From Nostoc sp. (GTDB lineage: Bacteria > Cyanobacteriota > Cyanobacteriia > Cyanobacteriales > Nostocaceae): a DNA stretch of 64,000 nt. Below, piece by piece: positions 51,143 through 63,442 of this stretch. Under the pieces are notes generated by a model. The model worked only from the letters and a program-made list of their open reading frames with translations, was not told the DNA's origin and ran no database searches. The stretch's first letter is position 1; every line of letters begins with the position of its first letter. The translations under genes were made by a program, and so were the position numbers. The DNA is taken from contig JBALDB010000025.1 in assembly GCA_036918135.1 (NCBI GenBank), forward strand, positions 1-64,000. Reading direction: 5' to 3'.

Positions 51143-51150
51143 ACTTACCC
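51143..51150 (-). promoter_or_regulatory. Putative SigF-type promoter element GGGTAAGT of pilA
   Basis: GGGTAAGT 45 nt upstream of the pilA ATG; GGGTAA is the element described for cyanobacterial SigF/pilA promoters. Confidence 0.6.
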
Positions 51151-51223
51151 AGTTGCGATCGCTTTCCTATCACACCAGCGAAAAATTTTTGACTAAATAA
51201 ATATAGTGGTTTTAGTTCGGATA

Positions 51224-51403
51224 TCAGAACTCTACAAAGTCGCCCTTGGTCTTCTTCAAGCGATCGCCTCTTACAAAAGACACATCAGGCGATCGCAGGT
51301 TTCTTTTTTCCAAATCGTCTTCTTCTATATTTGGCAAGATAAACCCAGTGCCAGAACCAGTCACACGTCCCAGCTTGCGGGACATCAGCCAGATATTAAG
51401 AAC
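51224..51403 (-). pseudogene. Internal fragment of a Uma2 (DUF820) family endonuclease
   Basis: LNIWLMSRKLGRVTGSGTGFILPN..NLRSPDVSFVRGDRLKKTKGDFVEF*. Confidence 0.75.
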
Positions 51404-51529
51404 GTGAGTAGATTGAAATTAGCCCCAAAACTTAGTCAGAAAGGTATGAGTATTCAAGAAATAGCAGAATTGCTAGAAATAGATGTTGAAGTTATCAGAA
51501 AAATCTGCAAGAAAACTTTTAGCAGTTAA
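51404..51529 (+). pseudogene. Orphan C-terminal tail of an Rpn-like gene
   Basis: LKLAPKLSQKGMSIQEIAELLEIDVEVIRK resembles Rpn C-terminal HTH tails. Confidence 0.55.
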
Positions 51530-51655
51530 CAGCATCTTTGATAAGTATTGAAGGCGTAGCGCTGTAGGCGTTTTCTGTTAGCTTTCTATCTAGCGTAGCC
51601 AATCCCAATTTATTATGCTATATTAAACGTAGTCGTTATGAGTTCGGATATATTC

Positions 51656-53026
51656 ATGACTAACCCCACAGTAGAAAACTTAGTAATTATTGGTTCTGGG
51701 CCAGCAGGTTATACAGCTGCCATCTATGCTGGACGTGCTAACTTGAAACCCGTTGTATTTGAAGGTTTCCAAGCCGGGGGATTGCCCGGTGGGCAATTAA
51801 TGACAACTACAGAAGTCGAAAACTTTCCTGGATTTCCCCAAGGGATTACCGGGCCGGAACTGATGGATCAAATGAAGGCGCAAGCAGAGCGTTGGGGGGC
51901 AGAGCTATATACTGAAGACGTTACATCAGTTGACTTGAGTCAGCGTCCCTTTACAGTGCGATCGCAAGAAAGGGAAATCAAAACAAATAGCATAGTTATT
52001 GCTACAGGTGCGACAGCAAAACGTTTAGGTTTACCCAACGAACACGAATTTTGGAGTCGCGGTATTTCGGCTTGTGCAATTTGTGATGGTGCAACACCAA
52101 TTTTTCACGGTGCAGAATTGGCTGTGATTGGTGCTGGTGACTCGGCGGCGGAAGAGTCAATTTACCTTACCAAATACGGTTCTAAGGTAAATATGTTGGT
52201 ACGCACCGATAAGATGCGGGCTTCTAAAGCTATGCAAGACCGAGTTTTGAGTAACCCAAAAATCCAGGTGCATTGGAACACAGAAGCCGTGGATATCTAC
52301 GGTAATGGTCATATGGAAGGGGTGAAAGTCCGCAACACTAAAACTGGTGAAGAGAGTCAACTGCACGCTAAAGGTTTATTTTACGCCGTTGGTCACAGCC
52401 CCAATACCTCTCTATTTAAAGGGCAATTGGAACTGGATGAGATCGGTTACGTTGTCACTAAGCCCGGTTCTGTAGAAACCAGTGTCGAGGGCGTTTTTGC
52501 CGCTGGTGACGTACAAGATCATGAATTTCGCCAAGCAATTACGGCTGCGGGTACTGGGTGTATGGCGGCGATGTTGGCAGAACGTTGGTTGTCATCCACT
52601 GGCTTGATTCAAGAATTCCATCAACAGCTAGAAACAGCAGATAACGAATTAGAACATCAACCAGCCAAAAAGACTGAAGCTGAGGAAGAAGCTGGATTTA
52701 ATTTGAATACAACGCGCCATCAGGGAGGTTACGCTTTACGGAAATTATTCCACGAAAGCGATCGCTTACTCCTTGTGAAATACGTCTCTCCTGGCTGCGG
52801 GCCTTGTCACACCTTGAAGCCAATTTTAAATAAAGTGGTGGATGAATTTAACAGCAAAATTCACTTTGTGGAAATTGACATCGACAAAGACCGAGACATT
52901 GCCGAAAATGCTAATGTTACAGGAACGCCAACAGTTCAATTGTTCAAAAACAAGGAACTGGTGAAGGAAGTCAAAGGCGTTAAGCAAAAGAGCGAATATC
53001 GGCAGTTGATTGAGAGTAATCTTTAG
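51656..53026 (+). CDS. trxB: NADPH-thioredoxin reductase fused to thioredoxin (NTRC type)
   Basis: GSGPAG, CAIC active site, C-terminal CGPC thioredoxin domain. Confidence 0.93.
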   Translation: MTNPTVENLVIIGSGPAGYTAAIYAGRANLKPVVFEGFQAGGLPGGQLMTTTEVENFPGFPQGITGPELMDQMKAQAERWGAELYTEDVTSVDLSQRPFTVRSQEREIKTNSIVIATGATAKRLGLPNEHEFWSRGISACAICDGATPIFHGAELAVIGAGDSAAEESIYLTKYGSKVNMLVRTDKMRASKAMQDRVLSNPKIQVHWNTEAVDIYGNGHMEGVKVRNTKTGEESQLHAKGLFYAVGHSPNTSLFKGQLELDEIGYVVTKPGSVETSVEGVFAAGDVQDHEFRQAITAAGTGCMAAMLAERWLSSTGLIQEFHQQLETADNELEHQPAKKTEAEEEAGFNLNTTRHQGGYALRKLFHESDRLLLVKYVSPGCGPCHTLKPILNKVVDEFNSKIHFVEIDIDKDRDIAENANVTGTPTVQLFKNKELVKEVKGVKQKSEYRQLIESNL

Positions 53027-53029
53027 GGA

Positions 53030-53260
53030 ATAGGGACGCTTCTCTACGAGAGGCTGCGCCAACGGCATAGTTCGACTCCGCTCGCTAGCCGCTCAGTGCA
53101 TTGCTGGGGACTAAAAAAGTTTTCTGAATGCCTAATCCCCAGTACCCAATCCCAAAACCTCTATCTTGCATATCATCCCAATCTAAAGTCCCTCAATTTT
53201 ATGGGACATTTTTACTAAATCCCCAGTCCCCAATCCCCAATCCCCAGTCGCCAATATGTA
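53030..53260. repeat. Composite of short dispersed and STRR repeats
   Basis: CTTCTCTACGAGAGGCTGCGCCAACG unit (related copy near 54650); CCCCAAT/CCCCAGT heptamers. Confidence 0.6.
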
Positions 53261-53300
53261 AAATGGTCAGCGTATCTTCCTCGATCCAGGCGATCGCTTT

Positions 53301-54197
53301 ATGGCCATCACAAAACGGCAATTGCCAACATTTTTTCAGTTTCCTAAAAATCCTAATCTTTCCCAGAAACTCATGCTCGTAGGGTTAGCCATTACCCTAT
53401 TTTTCATCTTCGTGGCATTCTTCGCTCCCGTATTTCAGGCTTGGGGATGGCTACAAAATCCGAAAGATTTCCTCTCAAATCCACCCCATCAGCCACCATC
53501 GGCTAAATATTGGTTTGGTACTAGTCGCCTGGGTTATGATGTCTTCTCCCGCACGCTGTTCGGCGCTCAAGCTGCTTTGCAAGTGGTGATTTTGGCAACC
53601 GCGTTGAGTATGATTATTGGCGTACCTTTGGGGATGCTCAGTGGTTATCTCGGTGGGAAATTGGATAAAGTATTGCTGTTTATTATGGATAGCATCTACA
53701 CTTTACCAGGGCTACTGTTGTCTGTGACGCTGGCGTTTGTGGTGGGGCGTGGGATATTGAATGCAGCGATCGCCATTAGCATTGCTTACATTCCCCAATA
53801 TTACCGCGTTGTTCGCAACCACACTGTAAGCGTCAAAACTGAAGTGTTCATCGAAGCTGCTCAAGCAATGGGAGCTTCTACTTTGACTGTACTTTTTCGA
53901 TATCTATTTTTCAACGTCATTCAGAGTGTACCTGTACTATTCACCCTCAACGCCGCTGATGCAATTTTAGTGTTGGGCGGTTTGGGTTTTTTAGGACTAG
54001 GACTTCCAGAAGAAGTGCCAGAATGGGGACACGATTTAAAACAAGCACTAGAAGCTTTACCTACTGGCATTTGGTGGACTACTCTTTTCCCCGGTTTAAC
54101 AATGACATGCATGGTAGTAGGGTTATCACTACTTGGTGAAGGGTTAAATGAATTTGTCAATCCACGTTTACGAAGAGAAAATAGAATCCGAAAGTAG
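53301..54197 (+). CDS. Peptide/nickel ABC transporter permease (DppC-like)
   Basis: WFGTSRLGYDVFSR, FIEAAQAMGA EAA motif, PEWG. Confidence 0.92.
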   Translation: MAITKRQLPTFFQFPKNPNLSQKLMLVGLAITLFFIFVAFFAPVFQAWGWLQNPKDFLSNPPHQPPSAKYWFGTSRLGYDVFSRTLFGAQAALQVVILATALSMIIGVPLGMLSGYLGGKLDKVLLFIMDSIYTLPGLLLSVTLAFVVGRGILNAAIAISIAYIPQYYRVVRNHTVSVKTEVFIEAAQAMGASTLTVLFRYLFFNVIQSVPVLFTLNAADAILVLGGLGFLGLGLPEEVPEWGHDLKQALEALPTGIWWTTLFPGLTMTCMVVGLSLLGEGLNEFVNPRLRRENRIRK

Positions 54198-54321
54198 TCA
54201 TTGGTCATTAGTCATTGGCAAAGGACAAAGCGCAAAGTCTGAGCGCCGGCTTCCGGCGATCGGAACTTTGTAAGAGAGGACAATTGACAAATAACAATTA
54301 ACAAATAGTAGAGAGATTTGT

Positions 54322-54525
54322 GTGAAAGATAACCTGACATTAATTGCCGCCGCTACTGGTGGGTTTATGCTTTCTGTTGCCCTTGCTGGTATCTTAAGAG
54401 GTACTCCAGTTACAGCTTGGCAGGAGCAATCAAATGTTCGTACCATGACGATTGCTGACTTACGACTCGCACCCAATAAGACGGAAAATTTAGAATTTTT
54501 TCGTGCCAAAATCCTAAAACCCTGA
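54322..54525 (+). CDS. Small hypothetical membrane protein
   Basis: GTG start after AGAGAG; hydrophobic LIAAATGGFMLSVALAGIL. Confidence 0.5.
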   Translation: MKDNLTLIAAATGGFMLSVALAGILRGTPVTAWQEQSNVRTMTIADLRLAPNKTENLEFFRAKILKP

Positions 54526-54544
54526 GGAATATGTTGATTTTGAA

Positions 54545-54768
54545 CTGGAGACTAGGGAGTGGGGAGATGGAGAGATGGAGAGACGCTCTGACGCGGGGAC
54601 ACACAGAGAAGTCTGAGCAGCGGCTTCCGCCGATGGCTTCGCCAACGTCTTCTCTTCGAGACGCTACGCGAACGACGAACAGAACTTAGGGGAACGCGGG
54701 GAATAATCAATGCCCAATGCCCCATGCCCAAAGACTAATGACTAATGACTAATGACTAATGACTAATT
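54545..54768. repeat. Composite repeat tract
   Basis: GGAGAGAT units, CCAATGC units and tandem GACTAAT heptamers running into the ROK start codon. Confidence 0.7.
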
Positions 54769-55652
54769 ACGTAATTGGCATTGATGTAGGGGGAACAGCA
54801 ATCAAGCTGGGGCGTTTTGCGGTTAATGGTACTTGCCTGCAATCTTTGACTTTGACAGCTCCCCAACCAACAACACCCGAGGCGGTGCTGGCGGTGCTGG
54901 TAGATGCGATTGCTCAAATCGATCCAGATAATCAAAGTGTTGCTATTGGTGTGGGGACTCCTGGCCCAGCCGATGCGGCGGCGCGGATTGCAAAAATTGC
55001 CATTAACTTGCCTAGATGGATCGATGTACCTTTAGCAGACTGGTTAGAAACTAAGACTGGTAAACCAACTGTAATTGGTAACGATGCTAACTGCGCTCTA
55101 TTGGGAGAAGCTTGGTTAGGAGCCGGTTGCGACTTTCAAAATTTGATTCTCCTAACTTTAGGAACTGGAGTTGGTGGCGCAATTATCCTCAATGGCAAAT
55201 TGTTTGTTGGACATCAAGGAGCTGCTGGGGAACTCGGTTTAATTTCATTCAACCCTGACGGGCCAATGTGTAATAGCGGCAATCAAGGCTCTTTGGAACA
55301 ATATACCTCTGCGACTGCGATTCGTCGCCGTACTCTCAAGGAACCCATCGAATTGGGTTTACTTGCCCAACAAGGAGATCCAGCAGCCTTGACTTTTTGG
55401 CAAGAATATGGTAAGTGTTTGGGTATTGGATTGACAAGTTTGGTTTATGTGCTGACACCAGAAGCGATCGTTATCGGTGGCGGTATTAGTGGTAGCTTTG
55501 AATTTTTCTTTCCAGCAGTAAAGGCAGAAATTGAGAAGCGAGTGCAGCCTTTATCACGAGAAGGTTTACAAATTTTGCCAGCTCAGTTAGGAAATTTTGC
55601 CGGGATGGTAGGTGCAGCAAAGTTAGCATGGCAACACTATTCAGGATATTAG
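54759..55652 (+). CDS. ROK family sugar kinase (glucokinase-like)
   Basis: GIDVGGT, NDAN, TLGTGVGG, GELG, GSLE. Confidence 0.92.
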   Translation: MTNYVIGIDVGGTAIKLGRFAVNGTCLQSLTLTAPQPTTPEAVLAVLVDAIAQIDPDNQSVAIGVGTPGPADAAARIAKIAINLPRWIDVPLADWLETKTGKPTVIGNDANCALLGEAWLGAGCDFQNLILLTLGTGVGGAIILNGKLFVGHQGAAGELGLISFNPDGPMCNSGNQGSLEQYTSATAIRRRTLKEPIELGLLAQQGDPAALTFWQEYGKCLGIGLTSLVYVLTPEAIVIGGGISGSFEFFFPAVKAEIEKRVQPLSREGLQILPAQLGNFAGMVGAAKLAWQHYSGY

Positions 55653-55877
55653 ATTGTGGTTCAAAAAATCTTAGCCAGAGAAATCAGTCTTTACTAATTA
55701 AAAAAATTTGGTTTGCAGCTTGCTACAGACACCAACTTATTTACAAAATAAATAGAGAACTTAGCAATTCTGACTGAATGGTGAAAAGTCAGTAAAAAGC
55801 ACCCATGTGAACATGAATAAGCGCTATCTGTCTAACAAGAAGCGGTAAAGATGTTTTTCTGACAAAAATCATCGAAA

Positions 55878-57356
55878 ATGAGTATATTATTCCGAACTAA
55901 TACCAGTCCAATGGCTAAAGGCTTTAACACTCAGCAAACAGGGAAGCAAACCTTTACTGTAATGCCAATAAAAGCTAGTCATCGATATATACTCGTGGGA
56001 TTGATACTCAGCTTGGTAATTGTTGTTTGCATTAATACCTTAAAATCTAACCAATCCTCAGTTACTGAATTTCCTATTAACAGTAGAGTACTGAAGATTT
56101 GGTCGGATAAAGGTTATACTTTGGAAGAAGATGAGGCCCTCAAGCAGATTATTAGCAATTGGGAGCAACAAAGCGGCAAGAAAATTAAGCTTTCTTTCTA
56201 TACTAATGATGAGTTACCACAAAAGACTCAAAGGGCACTTCAGGCAGGCAATCCGCCTGATATCGTCATAAATAGCAGTGCTGAGAGGGAGCTGTATCCA
56301 CGTCTTGCTTGGGAAGGCAAACTAGCAGATGTCTCTGATGTAATTGAGCCAGTCAAAAGTCTTTATTCTGAAGGTGTGCTGGAAGCCGTTCGTTTATATA
56401 ACAACGTTGATAAAAAGCAAAGCTACTATGCAGTTCCAATTAATCAATTAACAATTCACATCTTCTACTGGCGAGACTTGCTACAGCAAGTAGGTCAGAC
56501 TCAAAGCAATATTCCCAAAGAGTGGGATGCCTTCTGGGAGTTTTGGAAACAAGTGCAGGATGAACTTCGAGCACAGCAAAAACAGAATATTTACGGGTTA
56601 GGCTTTGCTTTCTCTACTGGATCTACAGATACCTACTACTTGTTTGAGCAGATTTTAGAGGCATACAATGTCCAAATTTTAGACTCCAAAGGTCAACTTC
56701 TCCTTAACGATCCTCAGGTGCGTCAAGGTATTGTTGAGAGCTTAGAGTGGTATGCGAAATTTTTCCAGCAGGGTTACGTACCACCAGATGCAGTAAATTG
56801 GTTAAATCCAGACAATAATCGCAGCTTGCTCAATCGTGGCGTAGTTATGACGCCTAACTCCTCACTCTCGATTCCTGCTGCTGTCCGCCAAGATCCTGAC
56901 ACCTATCGTCACAAGCTTGGTATCCTAGAATTTCCGAACAAACCCAATGGTAAACCAATGCGCTACTTAGTCTCGGTTAATGAAATAGTTTTGTTTGCCG
57001 AGTCTAAAAACCAAAAGGTAGCTAAGGACTTTCTCGCCTATTTAATTAAACCTGAAACAATAGGAAACTATCTCAAAGCTACCGGAGGTCGATATCTACC
57101 AGTAATGAAGTCTGTTTGGAAAGACCCTTTTTGGACAAATCCAGCAGATCCTCATCTTTTTACTGCAACTCAAACACTGACTAAAGGTCTAACTCGCCCA
57201 TTTTATATTGTTCAAAACCCTGCTTACAGCCTAGTTTTAGAAGAGAATGTTTGGGGTAAGGCTCTCAATCAAATAGTTGTCAATAGCATATCTCCAGAAG
57301 AAGCAGCAGACATGGCAATTGAGCGGATAAAACAAATTTTTGAGGAATGGCACTGA
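55878..57356 (+). CDS. Carbohydrate ABC transporter substrate-binding protein
   Basis: N-terminal hydrophobic anchor, AGNPPDI, YAVP, AKDFLAYL; start uncertain. Confidence 0.85.
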   Translation: MSILFRTNTSPMAKGFNTQQTGKQTFTVMPIKASHRYILVGLILSLVIVVCINTLKSNQSSVTEFPINSRVLKIWSDKGYTLEEDEALKQIISNWEQQSGKKIKLSFYTNDELPQKTQRALQAGNPPDIVINSSAERELYPRLAWEGKLADVSDVIEPVKSLYSEGVLEAVRLYNNVDKKQSYYAVPINQLTIHIFYWRDLLQQVGQTQSNIPKEWDAFWEFWKQVQDELRAQQKQNIYGLGFAFSTGSTDTYYLFEQILEAYNVQILDSKGQLLLNDPQVRQGIVESLEWYAKFFQQGYVPPDAVNWLNPDNNRSLLNRGVVMTPNSSLSIPAAVRQDPDTYRHKLGILEFPNKPNGKPMRYLVSVNEIVLFAESKNQKVAKDFLAYLIKPETIGNYLKATGGRYLPVMKSVWKDPFWTNPADPHLFTATQTLTKGLTRPFYIVQNPAYSLVLEENVWGKALNQIVVNSISPEEAADMAIERIKQIFEEWH

Positions 57357-57384
57357 GCTATAAAGCAAATACTAAATTTGTTTT

Positions 57385-57563
57385 TTAAGTAGAACGACGT
57401 GGAAAAATCAAACTATGTTAATAAAAATTAAATAGACTCAAACCCTCTTGCCTGCTACCTGGTTGTTGAGCGTAGTCGAAACACTGCCTCACTTCGACTA
57501 CGCTCAGTGACCACCTGCCTTCTGCCTCATCTCAACGAGAAATATTTACACCGACCTACTTAA
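57385..57563. repeat. MITE-like element with internal palindrome
   Basis: Ends TTAAGTAGAACGACGT / ACACCGACCTACTTAA; inner TGAGCGTAGTCGAA..TTCGACTACGCTCA (57467-57506). Confidence 0.7.
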
Positions 57564-57597
57564 ATTTATTGTTATTTTGTTCTGCTACACAAGAATT

Positions 57598-58020
57598 TCA
57601 AGATAAAAAATATCCTGTTGCTTTCTCAACGTATTTTACAACTTTTTGATATGATTCTGGATTACTTATAGAGCTGATGATGATCGGAATAGTAGCATCT
57701 GGCAACCAAAAAGTTATCCTACCGTTTGGCTCATGACAAAAGGAACTGATGCAGTCGAGGTTTATTATATATTCATTTTTTTCGTAAATAATTTCCACCC
57801 AGTGGGAGTAGTTTAATTCAAACTCCGTGACGCATTCTAAATAATTAAGAACCTTTTGATAGTCTTCTAGGTTACTTTGCGGGTTAATAACTATCGGGAT
57901 AGCACTATCGGGTAACCAAAAAGTAACCCTGCCATTTCGTTCATAACAAAAAGCATGGACACGCTCAAAATTTACTACATATTCTTTCCTCTCGTAAAGG
58001 ATTTTCACCCAGTACGTCAC
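57598..58020 (-). CDS. Hypothetical protein with two tandem ~70-aa repeats
   Basis: WV.I.YE..EY..N.....FC.E.NGR.TFWLPD..IPI.I occurs twice. Confidence 0.75.
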   Translation of the reverse strand: MTYWVKILYERKEYVVNFERVHAFCYERNGRVTFWLPDSAIPIVINPQSNLEDYQKVLNYLECVTEFELNYSHWVEIIYEKNEYIINLDCISSFCHEPNGRITFWLPDATIPIIISSISNPESYQKVVKYVEKATGYFLS

Positions 58021-58152
58021 AACATCTCCTCAAGTCCGAAACTTACGAATAATGCACCCTGTATTTCAAATTTACCCAAGCCCTAAGTTAATGTTGCTAT
58101 GCGCTAATTCAAAATTAAATTAATTTCTTCAATTATGAATTATGATTTTTTA

Positions 58153-59805
<1,653 letters not shown>

Positions 59806-59866
59806 CTAAAAATACATCCCGTCATTGTGCCATAGTCACTGTGGTCAAATCTTCCGCGATCTTGCC

Positions 59867-61621
59867 GTGAAAAACTTCTTAGGATTAGTAATATTAGGCT
59901 GTATTGTCACCTCCTCTGTAGCCTTGGCAGAGCCATCTCTTGTAGTAGTTTTTCCCCAGACAAACTACCAAACAAATGCCCAAAAAATCTTTTTTCTGGG
60001 CACAGCATCTCCCGATGGAGAAGTCTCGATCAATGGTAAGCCAATTAGCCGCAGCAAAGCTGGTCATTTTTCCCCAAGTTTACCCTTGCAGTTGGGAGAG
60101 AATCTGTTTACTGTACGTCACCGCGATCGAGAACTCCAGATTAAGGTGACAAGGCTTGCCACTCAACCCGAACTTCCACAAGGGTTAGCCTTTGCAAAAG
60201 ATTCCCTCACTCCCGCCGCTGACATTGCCAGACTACCGGGAGAACTTATTTGTTTTAGCGCGATCGCACCCCCTAACGCCAGTGTATCTGTCCACCTGGC
60301 TAATCAAACTGTTACCCTTTCATCTCAACCCCAGCAAGCCGAACTGCCAGATAATTTGGCAGCTTTGACGGGGCAAAATCAGCCTCATGGCCAGTCTAGC
60401 GTAGGCAACTACAAAGGTTGCACCACAGTAGCGACTCCTGGCAATTTGGGACAACCCCAGTTTCAACTGACGCTCAATGGCAAAACGATAACTCAACCAG
60501 GAAGTGGTAAAATTCAAATCCTCTCAAAAGCAGAGTTAGCAGTTGCTGAGGTGACGGTAGATGCAGGTGTAGCACGCACTGGCCCTAGTACCGATTATTC
60601 TCGACTCACACCATTGCCCAAAGGTACACGAGCAACGGTTACAGGGAAGGAAGGTGAATGGTTGCGCCTAGACTATGGAGCTTGGATTAATAGTCAGGAA
60701 ACCCGCACTTTACCTGGTGCAGTTCCGCCACAAACAATAATTCGCAGTGTCGGATACCGTCAACTCCCTGGTGCGACAGAGATGGTTTTCCCCTTACAAG
60801 TCCCCGTACCTGTGAGCGTGCAACAGAGCGATCGCGCTTTTACTCTCACTCTCTACAATACTACTGCCCAAACTGACATCATTCGCCTAGACGATAACCC
60901 CCTAATTGCTCGCCTAGATTGGCAGCAAGAGACACCAGAACGAGTAAAATACACCTTTAATCTCAAAAAAGCTCAACAGTGGGGATATAAGCTGAGATAC
61001 GACGGTACAACCCTGGTTTTGGCTTTGCGTCATCCGCCTGAAATCGGGAATACAAGACGAAAGCCTTTAGCTAATCTCAAGATTCTACTCGATCCAGGGC
61101 ACGGTGGTAAAGAATCTGGTGCCAGTGGACCAACTGGATATCTAGAAAAAGATGTCAATTTGGTAGTATCCAAGTTGCTCCGAGACGAGTTGGTAAAGCG
61201 AGGGGCGACGGTGGTGATGACGCGGGAGGACGACAAGGAAGTTTCATTAGCACAACGTCAAGCAATAATTAGTCAAGAAGAACCAGCGATCGCTATTTCC
61301 ATACATCACAATTCCCTACCCGATGATGGCGATGCCGAAAAAACCAAGGGATTCGCCGCTTTTTGGTATCAACCCCAAGCCCATAGCCTGGCAGTATTTT
61401 TACATAACTATGTGGTCAAAAACCTCGGTAGACCTTCTTACGGTGTATTTTGGGATAACCTAGCGCTGACACGTCCAGCAGCCGCGCCATCAGTGTTATT
61501 GGAATTAGGTTTTATGAGCAATCCCGATGAATTTGAGCAGGTAGTGAACCCAGAAGAACAGAAGAAAATGGCAAATGCGATCGCTCAGGGGATTACTGAG
61601 TGGTTTAAGAGCGTTAAATAA
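59867..61621 (+). CDS. N-acetylmuramoyl-L-alanine amidase (Amidase_3) with SH3b-like domain
   Basis: Signal peptide; ARTGPSTDY; LDPGHGG, EKDVNL, SIHHN, LLELGF; GTG at 59867 preferred. Confidence 0.92.
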   Translation: MKNFLGLVILGCIVTSSVALAEPSLVVVFPQTNYQTNAQKIFFLGTASPDGEVSINGKPISRSKAGHFSPSLPLQLGENLFTVRHRDRELQIKVTRLATQPELPQGLAFAKDSLTPAADIARLPGELICFSAIAPPNASVSVHLANQTVTLSSQPQQAELPDNLAALTGQNQPHGQSSVGNYKGCTTVATPGNLGQPQFQLTLNGKTITQPGSGKIQILSKAELAVAEVTVDAGVARTGPSTDYSRLTPLPKGTRATVTGKEGEWLRLDYGAWINSQETRTLPGAVPPQTIIRSVGYRQLPGATEMVFPLQVPVPVSVQQSDRAFTLTLYNTTAQTDIIRLDDNPLIARLDWQQETPERVKYTFNLKKAQQWGYKLRYDGTTLVLALRHPPEIGNTRRKPLANLKILLDPGHGGKESGASGPTGYLEKDVNLVVSKLLRDELVKRGATVVMTREDDKEVSLAQRQAIISQEEPAIAISIHHNSLPDDGDAEKTKGFAAFWYQPQAHSLAVFLHNYVVKNLGRPSYGVFWDNLALTRPAAAPSVLLELGFMSNPDEFEQVVNPEEQKKMANAIAQGITEWFKSVK

Positions 61622-61773
61622 TAGAGGTAAAACTAGAGTTGTACCCTGATTGTATTTGGTGGAGTGCGATCGCTATTTTTTAGCTAGTTCCTGCTCAATA
61701 TTGCGATCGGTGCTATATCTTGATTTCAGTGCTTGTACAGTGCCAGAATCCCTGGGACTGCGAGTAGAAATAG

Positions 61774-62175
61774 ATGAAATCTGTATTTTTAAATTGTATG
61801 TCTTTAAAAATAGGCACTATTGTGGGAGCGATCGCTATTTTATTAACCAATGGTGTAGCCATCGCTGAAGATGGACAAAGGTATTTTACTGTAGGTCACG
61901 ATAAATTAGGAAATGACATAGCCTTGGATACAAAAACTATTAAAGGCACGACCTACAAACTTTACGGCATGTATGGAGATGGCATCTTCGAGACTACATT
62001 CGATGCATCGTGTACAGAATCGCGGCTTTTTCTCAATCGCATCGCAATTTACAGTTCGGGGGGAGAGCTACTTCAAGAGGATAAGGAAAAAGGAGAAATA
62101 CCTTTTGTCGCAGATTCTTCACCAGGCAAAGGAATGAAATTTGTCTGTGAAAAAATTGGCGCTCGTGGTTGGTAA
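61774..62175 (+). CDS. Hypothetical secreted protein
   Basis: Signal-peptide-like N-terminus (..GVAIA), two mature-region Cys. Confidence 0.65.
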   Translation: MKSVFLNCMSLKIGTIVGAIAILLTNGVAIAEDGQRYFTVGHDKLGNDIALDTKTIKGTTYKLYGMYGDGIFETTFDASCTESRLFLNRIAIYSSGGELLQEDKEKGEIPFVADSSPGKGMKFVCEKIGARGW

Positions 62176-62236
62176 GTGAGTAGGGAGTTAAAAGTTAAAA
62201 TTGTTCTCCTACTCCTTACTCCTTATTCCCTACTCC

Positions 62237-62836
62237 TTATGAACAAAATAAGGTGTCACGCGTATCTCGTCTTGTAATTGGATTAGTCCCTTTGGCAACT
62301 TTGCACAATTTTTTTTGCTCATCCGGACGTAGCAGCACATTGGTAAAATCTGCTCCATCAATGATTGCACCATCAAATTTGGTGTTAGCAGCAAACGCCC
62401 CATCCAAAACTGCATTTGTCAAATTTGTTTTGATCAGGCGAGCTGAGTCTAAAGTGGCATTTGTCAAGTCGGCTCCTGAGAAATCCGCAGACTCCAAATT
62501 TGCTGCAAAGAAACTGACACCGCGTAAATTAGTATGGCTGAAGTTACTCTGGCGAAGATTAGCTTTAGTAAAGCTGGAGTCTGTTAAATCACGTCCTGAA
62601 AAATCAGCCTCGACCAAAATTTCTTTATTGTATTCGAGTGCCAAAGCTGTGGGAGCAAAACCCACGGTTGCAGTAATGCCAACTATTGCCCAAAGAAATA
62701 AGCCGAATATACTTGCCCAAATCCAATAACTTGTTTTACGCTCCAATCTCAACTGATTATGGAATGAGTTGAGTTTAGAAACTGTTATGCGATCGCTTAA
62801 CTTAGAATTCGTGGAATTCATGATGTTTTTAGTCAA
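62237..62836 (-). CDS. Pentapeptide repeat protein
   Basis: A(D/N)LxX repeats, GTNPITRRDTRDTLFC end; true start probably downstream of the ORF-track start. Confidence 0.9.
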   Translation of the reverse strand: MTKNIMNSTNSKLSDRITVSKLNSFHNQLRLERKTSYWIWASIFGLFLWAIVGITATVGFAPTALALEYNKEILVEADFSGRDLTDSSFTKANLRQSNFSHTNLRGVSFFAANLESADFSGADLTNATLDSARLIKTNLTNAVLDGAFAANTKFDGAIIDGADFTNVLLRPDEQKKLCKVAKGTNPITRRDTRDTLFCS

Positions 62837-63372
62837 TGACTAACCTTCCTCCATCTCATTATCCAAATATTGGTTCTCTTGGAGAAGACCTAGTAGCCCA
62901 ATGGTTGCAATCTACAGGTTGGGTAATTCTACATCGTCGCTTTTGTTGCCGTTGGGGAGAAATTGATATTATTGCTCAACATTCTGGAGGGAGTGGGGAG
63001 CAGGAGAGCAGGGCAACAATAATAACTTTTAACTCTCAACTTTCTGCTCAACACTCAATACTGACATTTGTTGAAGTCAAAACCCGCAGTTTGGGCAGTT
63101 GGGACGCAGGGGGAAGAAGTGCAATCACGCCACAAAAGCAAGCCAAAATTTCGCGTACAGCAGGAATATTTTTAGCCCAGTATCCTGAAAAAGCAGATTA
63201 TATCTGCCGATTTGATGTAGCCATTGTCTACTATCAAGAATCAAAAAAAATGACTGGGGTTACAGCAACTCAAGAAGCTCTCGCTACTTCATCGGCTGCC
63301 GGATATCAGTTTAGGCTGCAAGAATACATTCCGGCAGCTTTCGACTGTTTAATCGATAATGACAATGGTTAA
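62836..63372 (+). CDS. YraN family (UPF0102) endonuclease-like protein
   Basis: GEDLV, GEIDII, FVEVKTR, RFDV. Confidence 0.9.
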   Translation: MTNLPPSHYPNIGSLGEDLVAQWLQSTGWVILHRRFCCRWGEIDIIAQHSGGSGEQESRATIITFNSQLSAQHSILTFVEVKTRSLGSWDAGGRSAITPQKQAKISRTAGIFLAQYPEKADYICRFDVAIVYYQESKKMTGVTATQEALATSSAAGYQFRLQEYIPAAFDCLIDNDNG

Positions 63373-63442
63373 TCAGTAATAGATAAAATATTTTAATTAC
63401 CAATAACCAATATAATTGTACTAGCGTGACAACCAAATTAGA

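Noticed and set aside
51206..51529. 107-aa ORF as a real gene
   Set aside because: The first two-thirds is the antisense of a Uma2 fragment; only the tail looks protein-like
53128..53382. 84-aa Pro-rich ORF
   Set aside because: Translation of CCCCAAT/CCCCAGT heptamer repeats
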